DNA from: Alphaproteobacteria bacterium | GTDB lineage: Bacteria > Pseudomonadota > Alphaproteobacteria > UBA828 | Reading direction: 5' to 3' | DNA: 64,000 bases | Assembly (NCBI GenBank): GCA_965214705.1 | Contig: OZ243972.1 | Location: forward strand, 3,296,001-3,360,000 | Shown here: positions 1 to 10,659 of the stretch, piece by piece | Numbering within the stretch: position 1 is the stretch's first letter | Layout of the letters: each line of letters starts with the position of its first letter | Notes under the pieces: model-generated | What the model saw: only the letters and a program-made list of their open reading frames with translations | Told to the model about the DNA's origin: nothing | Databases searched by the model: none | Program-made: the position numbers and the translations under genes

Positions 1-108
1 GACTATTAATGCAGATAATCAATCGCTCGGTGCTATTGGTGGTCGCTGCCGCCTCGTAAACTGACGGGATTCGCTGCCGAGAACGACAACAGTGTGGAGG
101 GGGGCGCC

Positions 109-1347
109 GTGACCGACACGGAGAGGATCACCACGCAGAAGGTTTGGAGCGTCGGCGAAATGCAGCGTCGCCTGCGCAACCTGCACGCGCTGATGGACGA
201 GCGGTCGCTCGATGCCGTGATCCTGACCAGCCTTCACAACGTCCTCTACTACACCGGGTTCTTCTGCCCGCCCTTCGGCCGGCTGCACTCTGCGGTGATT
301 CCGAGGAACGGCGAGCCCGCTCTCATCGTCTCCCTGATCGAGGACGTACGGCCCGAGCACTGCTGCTACTACGACGACATCCGCCTCTTCCATGACTGGG
401 AGATGAGCCCGCTCGAAAACAACGTGCGGCTCTTCGACGAAGTGCTGCGCGACAACGGGATCGCGAGCGGCCGCCTGGGCTACGAGGAAGATTCCGTGTC
501 GGTCGCCTTCAAGGCGATGATCGACAATGCGCTCGGCGGCTTCGAGTTCGCCGACGTGGCCTACGACACCATGCGCCAGCGTCTGGTCAAGTCGGAGGAG
601 GAGATCGCCCTCATCCGGCAGGGCGTCAAGGTCTGCGAGGTCGGCGGCTACGCCGCGCTGGAGGCGTTGAAGCCGGGCGTGACCGAGGTCGAAATGGCGC
701 GCGCCGCCAATTCCGCGATCGAGGATGAGCTCCGCCGGCGCTTCCCCGACATCGAGGTCGACAACGTCAACATGTGCTGGGTCCAGACCGGCCCCTATCG
801 CAGCCGCGTCGGCCACATCATGAACGCGCACCGTGTGGTGCAGAAAGGCGAGATGATCAGCGTGAATCCCTACGCGATCATCGGCGGCTACTACCATGTC
901 CTCGAACGCAGCCTCTATTGGGGGCACATCCCCGACGACGCGCTTGCGGTCTTCAAGACCAACGTCGAGGCGCATTATGCGGGGCTGCGCACGCTCCGCG
1001 CCGGCATCAAGTGCTCCGACGTCGACAAGGTGATCAACCCGATCTACCGCGAAGCGGGCCTGCTGGAGGGGCGCTCCTTCGGCACCGGCCACTCGGTCGG
1101 CATCATGTGCATCTGGTACGGGCGCGAGGAAGGGGGCGAGCTGCGCCAGTACAACGACACGGTGCTCGAAGAAAACATGGTCGTGACCATGGAGCCGATG
1201 GTTAACGTCGACGGTCTCGGCGGCTTCCGCCATCACGACATTTGCCGCATCACCGCCGACGGCATCGAGAACCTCAACACCTTCCCGCGCGGCGTCCTGT
1301 TGGCGCAGGACGACGGAAGCCTGGAGGAGCTTTGGCTGCCTTCCTAG
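109..1347 (+). CDS. Creatinase-like amidinohydrolase (M24 pita-bread fold)
   Basis: AVILTSLHNVLYY, PFGR, WVQTG..GH, YYHVLER, GHSVG..YGREEGGELR and VTMEPM match the creatinase motif pattern rather than metal-binding Xaa-Pro peptidases; GTG start after GGAGG. Confidence 0.8.
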   Translation: MTDTERITTQKVWSVGEMQRRLRNLHALMDERSLDAVILTSLHNVLYYTGFFCPPFGRLHSAVIPRNGEPALIVSLIEDVRPEHCCYYDDIRLFHDWEMSPLENNVRLFDEVLRDNGIASGRLGYEEDSVSVAFKAMIDNALGGFEFADVAYDTMRQRLVKSEEEIALIRQGVKVCEVGGYAALEALKPGVTEVEMARAANSAIEDELRRRFPDIEVDNVNMCWVQTGPYRSRVGHIMNAHRVVQKGEMISVNPYAIIGGYYHVLERSLYWGHIPDDALAVFKTNVEAHYAGLRTLRAGIKCSDVDKVINPIYREAGLLEGRSFGTGHSVGIMCIWYGREEGGELRQYNDTVLEENMVVTMEPMVNVDGLGGFRHHDICRITADGIENLNTFPRGVLLAQDDGSLEELWLPS

Positions 1348-1381
1348 ATTTGGCCGTAGGCCCGACGCAGCGAGCGGTGCG

Positions 1382-3442
1382 ATGACTGCCCGGCTTGCCG
1401 CGGACATCGGCGGTACCTTCACTGACCTGGTGCTGCTGGATCCCGGCGGTGGCGTGCATGTCGCAAAGACCCTGTCGACGCCGGGCGACTTCAAGGAAGG
1501 CGTGCTGAGCGGCGTCGAGAGAATCCTGTCGGATGCCGGAGAGGCAAGGGGCCAAGAAATTGCGCTCGCCGATGTCGACTACTTCGTGCATGGCGCGACC
1601 GTCGTGCTCAACGCACTGCTGGAGCGAAAGCTGCCGCAGGCTGCTCTGGTGACCACGGCGGGGTTTCGGGACGTGCTGGAGATCATGCGCACCAACAACC
1701 CGCGCATGTACGACCTCAAGTGGATCAAGCCGAAGCCCATCATCCCGCGCCATCTGCGCTTCGAGGTCGCCGAGCGCGTCCGTCACACCGGCGAGGCGCT
1801 GTGTGCGCTGGACGAGGCCGGCACCCGCGAGGTGGCCCGCCGGATCAAGGCGCTCGGCATCCACTCCGTCGCGCTCTGCTTCCTCCATGCCTATGCCAAC
1901 CCGGACCATGAGCGCCGCGCCCGAGAGATCATTCTGGAGGAGCACCCGGAGGCGCACGTCACCATCTCCTCCGATGTCGCGAGCGAGCTCAGGGAATTCG
2001 AGCGCACCTCGACGGTCGCGATCAACGCCAGCACGATCCCGATCATCTCGGCCTATCTGGACGGACTGTCGCAAGCGCTCATCGACCGGGGCCTGGAGCG
2101 GGAGCTCTTCGTGATGCAGTCGAACGGCGGCGTCATCACGAGCCGGACCGCCCGGTCGCTGCCGGTCCGCACCGTGATGTCGGGTCCGGCCGGAGGCGTC
2201 GTCGGCGCGCAGTTCATCGCGAACCGCATGGGCTTGCGCGACGTGGCGACCATCGACATCGGCGGCACCAGCAGCGACATGGGCGTCATATCCGACGGCC
2301 TGGCTCGGACCGTGGATCAGAGCGCGGTCGAGGGCTGGCCGATCATGGCGCCCACCATCGAGATCCTGGCGATCGGGGCCGGCGGCGGCAGCATCGCCTG
2401 GGTCGATTCAGGCGGCGCGCTGCGCGTGGGGCCGCAGAGCGCGGGCGCCCGGCCCGGCCCCGCCTGCTACGGCCTCGGCGGGAAAGAGCCCACCGTCTCC
2501 GATGCCTGCGTCACCCTCAACCGGCTGAACCCGGATTACTTCCTCGCAGGCGAGATGGTGCTCGACCGCGCGGCTGCCGAGCGCGCCATCCGCGAGCGGA
2601 TCGCCGAGCCCCTCGGAATGGAGATCGCCGAAGCCGCCGAAGGCATTCTCCGGGTCGTCACCGCCAACATGAACAAGGCAATCCGCTCGATCCTCATCGC
2701 GCGAGGCTTCGATATCCGCCAGTTCACGCTCATGGCGTTCGGCGGCGCGGGCGGCATGGTGGCAGGCGAGCTGCTGCGCATCGGCGACGTGCAGCGGCTG
2801 GTCGTGCCGAGCAATCCCGGCGCCGTCTCGGCCATCGGGATGCTGGCCACCGACCTCCGGCACGACTTCGCACAGTCTTCGGTGCAGTCGTTCGGCGAAG
2901 TCGAGTGGGGTGAAGTCCGGCATGCCCTGCGTCATCTTCGAACGCTCGGCGCGGAACGGCTCCAAGCCGACGGCGTGGATGAAGCGGCGATGCACTTCGG
3001 CGACGCGCTCGACCTGCGCTACGTCGGACAGGACTACTACCTCCGCGTCTACGTCGATATCGACGACCTCGACGGCGAGCGCATCCGGTCCGACTTCGAT
3101 CGGCTGCACGAGCACACCTACGGCTTCGCCAATCCGGAGTTCGAGGTCGAGATGGTCAACGCGCGGGTCTTCGCGATCGGCGCGTTCGAGCGGCCGCAGC
3201 TACCGGAGATCGATACCCGTCAAGCTCCTCACGGCCCGCTCACGCCGAAGGCGCGTCGTCCGGTGTTCTTCGACGGTGCGTTCGTGGAGACGGACATCTA
3301 CGATGTAACGGCGCTCTGCGCCGACGATGCCACCGCCGGTCCTTGCGTCATCGAGGACCCGCGCTCGACAATTGTCGTCATGCCGGGCCAGAGCGCCGCG
3401 GTCGATCGGTTTCGCAATCTATCGATCGAGGTCGCGGCTTAG
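1382..3442 (+). CDS. Hydantoinase/oxoprolinase subunit A (ATP-binding, HyuA-like) #1
   Basis: DIGGTFTD, SGPAGG, DIGGTSSD, GAGGGSIA, GPQSAGARPGPACY. Confidence 0.93.
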   Translation: MTARLAADIGGTFTDLVLLDPGGGVHVAKTLSTPGDFKEGVLSGVERILSDAGEARGQEIALADVDYFVHGATVVLNALLERKLPQAALVTTAGFRDVLEIMRTNNPRMYDLKWIKPKPIIPRHLRFEVAERVRHTGEALCALDEAGTREVARRIKALGIHSVALCFLHAYANPDHERRAREIILEEHPEAHVTISSDVASELREFERTSTVAINASTIPIISAYLDGLSQALIDRGLERELFVMQSNGGVITSRTARSLPVRTVMSGPAGGVVGAQFIANRMGLRDVATIDIGGTSSDMGVISDGLARTVDQSAVEGWPIMAPTIEILAIGAGGGSIAWVDSGGALRVGPQSAGARPGPACYGLGGKEPTVSDACVTLNRLNPDYFLAGEMVLDRAAAERAIRERIAEPLGMEIAEAAEGILRVVTANMNKAIRSILIARGFDIRQFTLMAFGGAGGMVAGELLRIGDVQRLVVPSNPGAVSAIGMLATDLRHDFAQSSVQSFGEVEWGEVRHALRHLRTLGAERLQADGVDEAAMHFGDALDLRYVGQDYYLRVYVDIDDLDGERIRSDFDRLHEHTYGFANPEFEVEMVNARVFAIGAFERPQLPEIDTRQAPHGPLTPKARRPVFFDGAFVETDIYDVTALCADDATAGPCVIEDPRSTIVVMPGQSAAVDRFRNLSIEVAA

Positions 3443-3472
3443 GCCGCGCGGCGTGCCGGATCAGGGGGCACC

Positions 3473-5296
3473 ATGGCCAAGGCAGTGCATCTCGTTGACG
3501 TGGCGCAGGTGGAAACGGTCGATCCGGTCACGCTCGAGGTCGTTCGCGCCGGGCTGCATTCGATCATCAGCGAGATGTCGATCACGCTGAACCGGACCTC
3601 CTATTCGACGATCCTCCGTGAGATCAACGACTACAGCTGCGTCCTGTTCGACAGCCGGGGCCGGCTCCTGGCCCAGGCCGAGGGCATCCCGATCTTCAAC
3701 GGCAGCATGAACTTCGTGGTCGATGCGGTGATCGAGAAGTTCCCGCTCACCGAGATGGAGGAGGGAGACATCTTCCTCTCCAACGATCCCTACACCGCCG
3801 GCGGTACGCACAAGAACGACATCAACGTCGTCATGCCGATCTTTTGGCAGGGCGCGCTGGTGATGCTGGCGGCCAACAAGGCGCATCACCTGGACATCGG
3901 CGGCAAGGACCCGGGCAGCTGGTCGGCGGATGCCCGCAACACCTATCAGGAGGGCCTCTGCCTTCCCGCTCTGAGGCTCGCGCGGCGCGGCGTGATGAAT
4001 GAGGAGCTGGTCGAGGTCCTGATGGCCAACCTGCGCACACCGACGCTCTCCCGTGGCGACTTCTCGGCTCAGATCGCGGCGCTGAAGACGGCGGAGCTCC
4101 GCACCCACGAGTGGCTGGAGAAGAATGGGGCCGATGCCCTGACCCGGACGGCGGACGCGCTGCTGGACCACGGCGAACGTGTCGTCCGTGCGGCGATCGA
4201 GCGGATTCCCGACGGCGTCTACAAGGCATCCGGCTTCGCAGATGGGGACGGCGTCTCCGACGAGCCCATCCCCATCGCGGTCACCGTCACGGTCGACGGC
4301 AGCGACATCCACATCGACTACGCTGGCAGCGGCGCCCAGCGAGAGGGCTCGGCGGGGAACGCCCATTGGGTCGTGACGGTGTCCATGACACGCCAGGCGA
4401 TGATGTTCTTCACCGACACCGCGCTCGGCGGCAACGAGGGCTCGTACCGGCCAATCCACATCTCCGCGCCGGCAGGTTGCGTCTTCAACCCCGAGTACCC
4501 CGCACCGGTGACGACCGGCATGGGCAACATGGGCACGCGGCTGATCGAGCTGATCTTTCAGGCGCTGGCCGACGTCATTCCCGAAGAGGTTATCGGCGGC
4601 ACTTTCGGCTGTTTCAGTTGCATGACCCTCGGCGGCAAGGACCCTGAAACAGACGGCGAGTTCGTGCACTTCGAGTGCTATTCCGGCGGCTGGGGCGGGC
4701 GCCATCATGCGGACGGAAACAGCGCGACCGTCTCGCTCGGCAGCGGCGATGCCTACAACATTCCGGTCGAGGTGATGGAGACCACCACGCCGATCCTGCT
4801 CTGCGAGAAGTTCGCCCTGCAGGAGGGCTCCGCCGGCGCCGGCAGGCATCGCGGCGGCTTCGGCACCGAGATCGACTACCGGATGATGGGCGAGGCCGAA
4901 CTCGCCATCGCCCTGGATCGCGAGACCTTCAAACCCTACGGTCTGTTCGGCGGGCTGGAAGGGCAAGGCAGCGAGCTCCTGGTCGAGCCCGGCACGCCGT
5001 CGGAAGAGTTCTACGTCCGCGCGAGCGGCGTGAAGGTGGCCGAGGGCGCGCTCGTCCGCCACCGGACGGCCGGAGGGGGCGGCTACGGCCCACCGGCCGA
5101 GCGCGACCCGGCCCTGGTTGCGGACGATTGCCTGAACGGACTGATCACCATTGAGGATGCGCGCGACCTTTATGGCGTGGCGATCGATCCCGGCACCTTC
5201 GCGCCGGACCTCGACGCCACGGCCGCTCTGCGACAGGCCCAGCGAGGACAGAGTGGGTGCTCGCCTCCGATTTCCGAGGGTGAGCGGACGCAGTGA
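3473..5296 (+). CDS. Hydantoinase/oxoprolinase subunit B (HyuB-like) #1
   Basis: NDPYTAGGTHKND, HHLDIGG, EGL, GAGRHRGG, TAGGGGYG. Confidence 0.93.
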   Translation: MAKAVHLVDVAQVETVDPVTLEVVRAGLHSIISEMSITLNRTSYSTILREINDYSCVLFDSRGRLLAQAEGIPIFNGSMNFVVDAVIEKFPLTEMEEGDIFLSNDPYTAGGTHKNDINVVMPIFWQGALVMLAANKAHHLDIGGKDPGSWSADARNTYQEGLCLPALRLARRGVMNEELVEVLMANLRTPTLSRGDFSAQIAALKTAELRTHEWLEKNGADALTRTADALLDHGERVVRAAIERIPDGVYKASGFADGDGVSDEPIPIAVTVTVDGSDIHIDYAGSGAQREGSAGNAHWVVTVSMTRQAMMFFTDTALGGNEGSYRPIHISAPAGCVFNPEYPAPVTTGMGNMGTRLIELIFQALADVIPEEVIGGTFGCFSCMTLGGKDPETDGEFVHFECYSGGWGGRHHADGNSATVSLGSGDAYNIPVEVMETTTPILLCEKFALQEGSAGAGRHRGGFGTEIDYRMMGEAELAIALDRETFKPYGLFGGLEGQGSELLVEPGTPSEEFYVRASGVKVAEGALVRHRTAGGGGYGPPAERDPALVADDCLNGLITIEDARDLYGVAIDPGTFAPDLDATAALRQAQRGQSGCSPPISEGERTQ

Positions 5297-5335
5297 GTTG
5301 GCAACGCGAAGAAAGCTGAAAGGGAGGGCTTGATC

Positions 5336-6433
5336 ATGTGGAAGTGGATTACAGGCGCTGTCGCGGCAGTCGCGATAAGCGCATTCGCCGTCTCGGCCTC
5401 GGAGGCGGCGTTCAAGCTGGAGGGCGAGCCCAAGGTCGCGATGCTCCAGCTTGCCACCGTCAACGACGGCGGCTGGTCGGAGGCGCTCGAGTACGCGCGG
5501 GTCAAGACCGAAGAGGCGCTGGGTATCGAGATCGCCTACACCGAGAACGTGCCCGAGGATAACTCGGAGATTCTCAGGACCATCGATCTCTACGTGAACC
5601 GGGGCCACAACGTCATCATCGGCACATCGTGGGGTTATGGCGACGCCTTCCTCGAAGCCGCCACCAAGTACCCCAACGTGGCCTTCGTGAACTGTGCCGG
5701 CGAGACCAACAATTCGGTGAACCTGGAGAGCTTCTACGCCCGCAGCTATCAGGGCTGGTATCTCGCCGGGATCGTCGCCGGCCATCTGACGCAGTCCAAG
5801 AAGGTCGGCACCATCGGCGGTTATCCGCTGGGCGTGGTGAACTGGGACCTCAACGCCTTCCTGCGCGGCGCGCAGTCGGTGGATCCCGCGATCGAGATGG
5901 TCGGCGTCTTCGTCAACACCTGGTACGACCCGGTGAAGGAGACGCAGGCGGCAGAGGCCCTGCTGGAGCAGGGCGTCGACGTGCTGGGTTCCAACATGAG
6001 CACGCCGGGGCCGCATCTCGCCTTCCAGGAGCAAGGCAAGTGGTCCGTCGGCTTCCAGATCGACGTGTCGGACCAGGCGCCGGATGCGGTGGCGACCTCG
6101 ATGATCTACAAGTGGGAGGCCTATTTCATCCCGACGATCTCTGCGATCATCGACGGCACCTGGGAGCCTGGTGAGTGGGGCTGGTGGGAAGGAATCGATA
6201 CCGGTCTCCTCGACGTCGATCCCATCGCGGACTGGGTGCCCGCGGCGGCGGTGGCGGACGTCGATGCGGCGCGCGCGGCGATGGTCGCGGGCACGCTCGA
6301 TCCGTTCCAGGGGCCACTCCATCGCCAGGACGGCTCGCTGGCGGTGCCCGAGGGCGAGGTCCTCTCCGACGACAACCTGTGGGGGATGAACTACTTCATC
6401 CAGGGCGCCATCGGCACCATGCCCGCGGAGTAA
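5336..6433 (+). CDS. BMP-family ABC transporter substrate-binding protein
   Basis: Signal peptide; NDGGWS, ENVPE, IIGTSWGY, NAFLRGA, NTWYDP motifs. Confidence 0.9.
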   Translation: MWKWITGAVAAVAISAFAVSASEAAFKLEGEPKVAMLQLATVNDGGWSEALEYARVKTEEALGIEIAYTENVPEDNSEILRTIDLYVNRGHNVIIGTSWGYGDAFLEAATKYPNVAFVNCAGETNNSVNLESFYARSYQGWYLAGIVAGHLTQSKKVGTIGGYPLGVVNWDLNAFLRGAQSVDPAIEMVGVFVNTWYDPVKETQAAEALLEQGVDVLGSNMSTPGPHLAFQEQGKWSVGFQIDVSDQAPDAVATSMIYKWEAYFIPTISAIIDGTWEPGEWGWWEGIDTGLLDVDPIADWVPAAAVADVDAARAAMVAGTLDPFQGPLHRQDGSLAVPEGEVLSDDNLWGMNYFIQGAIGTMPAE

Positions 6434-6479
6434 ACCCACCGGGCCGGTTACGGCCCGCACACAGTGCCGGCGTGACAGG

Positions 6480-7979
6480 GTGAGTCACGCCCTGGAAATC
6501 GCCGGCGCAAGCAAGGCGTTCGACGGCCGCCCGGCGCTCAGGCGGGCGTCGTTCGCCTGCGACTGGGGCGAGGTCCACGCCCTGCTTGGCGAGAACGGGG
6601 CCGGCAAGTCGACGCTGATGAACGTCGCTTGCGGGCTCTATGCCCCGGACGAGGGGTCGATCGCGGTCGACGGCCAGCCGGCCGCGATCACCGCGCCGGC
6701 CGACGCCGCCAGGCTCGGCATCGGCATGGTTCACCAGCACTACAAGCTGGTGAAGCGCTTCACCATTGCCGAGAACATCGTGCTCGCCTGCCGCAGCGCG
6801 CTCGGCGTGCGCCGCCCGCGGGACGCGGCCGAGGCGGTCGCGGCCAAGGCGGCGGAGGTCGGCTTCGATATCGACCCCAATGCTGTCGTCGGCGACCTTT
6901 CCATCGCCGAGCAGCAGCGAGTCGAAATCCTCAAGGTGCTGCTCCTCGGTGCCCGGATCCTCATCCTCGACGAGCCCACGTCGGTGCTAACCGATCAGGA
7001 GTCGGTCGCGGCCCTCACCTTCATGCGCCGCCTCGCCGAGGACGGCCACGCGGTCGTCCTTATCACCCACAAGCTGCGCGAGGTGATCGGCTATTCGTCG
7101 CGGGTGACGGTGATGCGCGGCGGCGAAACCGTGCTCGCCGGCGCCGAGACGGCGGGCCTGGACGCCGAGACGCTCGCCCGGACCATGGTGGGCGAGGAGG
7201 GCGAGGCGACCGAGCGCCACGCCCGGCAGCTCGGCGAGGTCCGGCTCCGGGTCGAGGAGCTTAGCGTGCGCGGCGCCGGCGGCATCGGTGTAGACGGTGT
7301 CGGCTTCGCCGTGCGCGGCGGGGAGATCTACGGGATCGCCGGCGTCGGCGGCAACGGGCAGCAGGAGCTCGCCGACGCGCTGACCGGGCTGCGCCCGCCC
7401 AGCCGTGGCCGCATCGCGATCGATGACGACGAAATCGCGGGCAGGGATGTCCCCGCCTTCCGCCGTCGCGGGATGCGCGCCGTGCCCGCCGACCGTTTCC
7501 GCACCGGCCTCCTGGCGGAGCTCGCGGTCTACGAGAACCACGGCGTGACGGGCGTGCCGGCCGGCGAGTACGGCAACCCGGCACTGGTTCGTCGCGGCGC
7601 CATGAAGGCGGCGGCAGCGGGCGCCATCGAGGCCTACAACATCCAGGGTGCGGCGCCCGCCACGCTCTCCAGGCTGCTTTCCGGCGGCAACGCCCAAAAG
7701 CTCCTGCTCGCACGCGAGCTCCGGGGCGAGGCCAGCGTGTTGGTCGCCCACTCACCCACCCGCGGCCTCGACGTGAGCGCCTGCCGCACCGTTCACGACC
7801 TGCTGCAGGGCGCGGCGGACGCGGGCACCGCCTGCGTCCTGATCAGCGAGGACCTGGAGGAGGTGCTCGCGCTGTCGACCACCATCGCCGTGATCAGCCG
7901 GGGCAGGCTGGTCGGCGAGTTCGCCGCAGGCGAGGTGAGCCGCGCCGAAATCGGCCGCCTGATGCTGGGTCACGCATGA
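6480..7979 (+). CDS. ABC transporter ATP-binding protein (double ATPase, sugar/nucleoside type)
   Basis: GENGAGKST, LILDEPT, LSGGNAQK, PTRGLDV. Confidence 0.95.
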   Translation: MSHALEIAGASKAFDGRPALRRASFACDWGEVHALLGENGAGKSTLMNVACGLYAPDEGSIAVDGQPAAITAPADAARLGIGMVHQHYKLVKRFTIAENIVLACRSALGVRRPRDAAEAVAAKAAEVGFDIDPNAVVGDLSIAEQQRVEILKVLLLGARILILDEPTSVLTDQESVAALTFMRRLAEDGHAVVLITHKLREVIGYSSRVTVMRGGETVLAGAETAGLDAETLARTMVGEEGEATERHARQLGEVRLRVEELSVRGAGGIGVDGVGFAVRGGEIYGIAGVGGNGQQELADALTGLRPPSRGRIAIDDDEIAGRDVPAFRRRGMRAVPADRFRTGLLAELAVYENHGVTGVPAGEYGNPALVRRGAMKAAAAGAIEAYNIQGAAPATLSRLLSGGNAQKLLLARELRGEASVLVAHSPTRGLDVSACRTVHDLLQGAADAGTACVLISEDLEEVLALSTTIAVISRGRLVGEFAAGEVSRAEIGRLMLGHA

Positions 7980-9061
7980 TGCTCAGCCTCAGCCCGATCT
8001 ACCTCGTGCCGCGTCAGCAGGCGCCGCTCTGGATGCGGGCGGCGACGTTCGTCGGCGGCATCGCGCTCGGCCTGCTCATCGCCTTCGGCATCCTCATCGC
8101 CTACGGCGTCTCCGCCGGGCAGATCATCAACGAGTTCATCGTCTACGTGTTCCTCGACCTGAACGGCCTCGCCCAGGTCGTGACCGCGTCGACGCCATTG
8201 GTGCTCGTCGGCCTCGCGGCGGCGGCGGCGCTCAAGCTCAGGTTCTGGAACATCGGCGTCGAGGGCCAGATGTGGCTGGGCTGCATCGCCGCGACCGGCG
8301 TCGCCCTCTTCGACATCGGCCCCGATTTCTTCCGCCTGCCGCTCATGTTCATCGCTGCCGCCGTCGCCGGCGCCTGCTGGATCGGCATCCCCGCCTTCCT
8401 CAAGCTCCGCTTTCGGGTCAACGAGATCATCACCTCGCTGCTGCTCACCTATGTCGCCTATCAGCTTGTCCAGCATCTGCTCTTCGGCCCGTGGCACGAC
8501 CCCGGCAGCGCCTTTCCCAACTCCCGGCACTATGACGAGGGGATCGAGCGCCTGGCACGGCTCGGCTGGGGCTCCTCCCACACCGGCATCTGGATCGCGT
8601 TGGGTTGCGGTGCCCTGCTCTGGTTCACCATGGCCCGCTCCAGGCTCGGCTTCTACATGGACGCGATCGGCGCCAATGTGGAGGCGGCGCGGGCGGCGGG
8701 CATCCCGGTCGTGCTCACCACCGCATTCGCCGCCGCCATGTCGGGCGGGCTCGCGGGCGTCGCCGGCGCGGGGCTCGCCGCCGGGCAGGAATACCGCATG
8801 ACCCTCTTCATCGCCGGCGGCTACACCTTCAGCGGCATCGTCATCGCCTTCATCGGGCGCTTCCGGCCGGTCCCCGTCATCGTCACGGCGTTCGTGGTGG
8901 GCGGTGTTTACACGGCCGGCGACACCCTCAAGGTGTTCTATCAACTGCCTGCGGCAATCACGACGCTGATCGAGGCGGTGATCCTCTTCACCTTCGTCGT
9001 CGTCGAGTTCTTCAGCCGCTACCGCCTCAGCTGGGGCGTGCGGGAGCGGGAGCACGCCTGA
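7976..9061 (+). CDS. ABC transporter permease
   Basis: Hydrophobic helices, WNIGVEGQ, NEIITSLLL; overlaps the ATPase stop. Confidence 0.92.
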   Translation: MMLSLSPIYLVPRQQAPLWMRAATFVGGIALGLLIAFGILIAYGVSAGQIINEFIVYVFLDLNGLAQVVTASTPLVLVGLAAAAALKLRFWNIGVEGQMWLGCIAATGVALFDIGPDFFRLPLMFIAAAVAGACWIGIPAFLKLRFRVNEIITSLLLTYVAYQLVQHLLFGPWHDPGSAFPNSRHYDEGIERLARLGWGSSHTGIWIALGCGALLWFTMARSRLGFYMDAIGANVEAARAAGIPVVLTTAFAAAMSGGLAGVAGAGLAAGQEYRMTLFIAGGYTFSGIVIAFIGRFRPVPVIVTAFVVGGVYTAGDTLKVFYQLPAAITTLIEAVILFTFVVVEFFSRYRLSWGVREREHA

Positions 9062-9990
9062 TGGCGGCCGATTTCGTGCAGAACTGGCTCGCCACCACGC
9101 CGGGCTTCGCCACGCCCTACCTGCTCGCCGCACTCGGCCTGATCATCAACGAGCGGGCCGGCGTCCTCAATCTCGGTTGCGAGGGCATGATGCTGGTGGG
9201 CGCGATGGTGGGCGCGGTCGTGAGCTTCAACACCGGGCTCGCCGGCGCCGGCGTGCCCGTCGCCATGCTGGCGGGCGCCCTGGTGGGTCTCGTCTTCGGC
9301 ATCGCCGTCGTCGTCTTCCGCACCGATCAGGTGCTGACCGGGCTCATCATCGTGGCCCTTGGCGACGGGCTGACCGGGGTCGTCGGCCGGCCCTACATGT
9401 TCGAGAAGGTGGCGGGCTTCCGCGATCTCGATCTCGGCGTGCTCAGCGACATCCCGTGGCTCGGCCCGATCGTCTTCCAGCAGGACATCCTGGTCTACGC
9501 CGCTGCGGCGCTTGCCATCGCGGTGTGGTGGGGCCTCGACCGCTCGGACGCGGGGCTCAGGCTCCGCGCCGTCGGCGAGGACCCCGCGACGGCCGATGTC
9601 GCCGGCGTCAACGTCCAGCTCTTCCGTATTGCCGCCGTCATGCTGGGGGGCGCGCTCTGCGGAATCGCCGGGGCCTACCTGTCGCTCGCCTCCAGCTTCG
9701 TCTGGACCGAGCACATGGTCGCCGGACGCGGCTGGATCGTCATCGCACTCGTCATCTTTTCCGGCTGGCGACCGGGGCGCGCGGTGATCGGCGCGCTGAT
9801 CTTCGGCGGCGCGGAGGCACTGATCCCGCGCGTCCAGGCGATCGGCCTGGACGTGCCCATCTATATCGTCGGCATGCTGCCCTACGTGCTGACGCTCGCG
9901 GTGCTGATCGTGCCCACGATCCTGCGCGGCGAGCGTTCGCCCGCGCCGAGCGGGCTTCTGCTCAACTACCTGCGCCAGGACAGGCGCTAG
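9061..9990 (+). CDS. ABC transporter permease
   Basis: ATG at 9061 coupled to the previous stop; ERAGVLNLGCEGMM, GRGWIVIALV. Confidence 0.92.
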   Translation: MAADFVQNWLATTPGFATPYLLAALGLIINERAGVLNLGCEGMMLVGAMVGAVVSFNTGLAGAGVPVAMLAGALVGLVFGIAVVVFRTDQVLTGLIIVALGDGLTGVVGRPYMFEKVAGFRDLDLGVLSDIPWLGPIVFQQDILVYAAAALAIAVWWGLDRSDAGLRLRAVGEDPATADVAGVNVQLFRIAAVMLGGALCGIAGAYLSLASSFVWTEHMVAGRGWIVIALVIFSGWRPGRAVIGALIFGGAEALIPRVQAIGLDVPIYIVGMLPYVLTLAVLIVPTILRGERSPAPSGLLLNYLRQDRR

Positions 9991-10047
9991 ACTGTCGCCA
10001 AGAAGAAACGGCGATCATCGACATCGACATCGAATGGGAGGCTAGAC

Positions 10048-10659
10048 ATGTCCGGCTTGACGACGGTGCGCGAGACCCACGAGGTGGCGGCGCGCACGGG
10101 CAAATCGTTCGAGGTGGCAACCGGAGACCTCATCCGGATCACGGATCTGGAAGGCTCGCAGCCGGTGGATTTCTGGGCCTTCAGCAAGGAGGACCATCTG
10201 GAGTTTCTCTCCTGCGAGCACACCAAGCCCTCGATCGAGAAGCTGTTCCCCCACGTCGGGGACTCGGCCTACACCAATCATCGGCGAAGGATCGTTACCG
10301 TGGTGGGCGACACCTCGCCCGGCCAGCACGACATGCAGTACGCCGCGTGCGATCCCACGCGTTACGCGGAGCTCGGCGTCGAGGGTTATCACGAGAGCTG
10401 CCAGGAGAACCTTCACCTGGCGCTCGACGGCTACGGCATCGTGCTCGACTTCACGCCGCAGCCCTGGAACCTGTTCACCAACTTCTTCATCAACCCGGAC
10501 GGCACCTTCACCATCAAGGCGCCGGAGTCGAAGCCGGGGGATCACATCGTGTTGCGGGCCGAGATGGACGCCACCATCGTCGTCTCGGCCTGCCCCCAGG
10601 ATCAGAACCCGACCTGCGGCGGTCTGCCCACCGACATCCGCGTCGAGGTCGGCCGCTGA
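10048..10659 (+). CDS. DUF1989 / urea carboxylase-associated family protein
   Basis: DLEGSQPVD, HDMQYAAC, SCQENL, NLFTN, VSACPQDQNP. Confidence 0.88.
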   Translation: MSGLTTVRETHEVAARTGKSFEVATGDLIRITDLEGSQPVDFWAFSKEDHLEFLSCEHTKPSIEKLFPHVGDSAYTNHRRRIVTVVGDTSPGQHDMQYAACDPTRYAELGVEGYHESCQENLHLALDGYGIVLDFTPQPWNLFTNFFINPDGTFTIKAPESKPGDHIVLRAEMDATIVVSACPQDQNPTCGGLPTDIRVEVGR

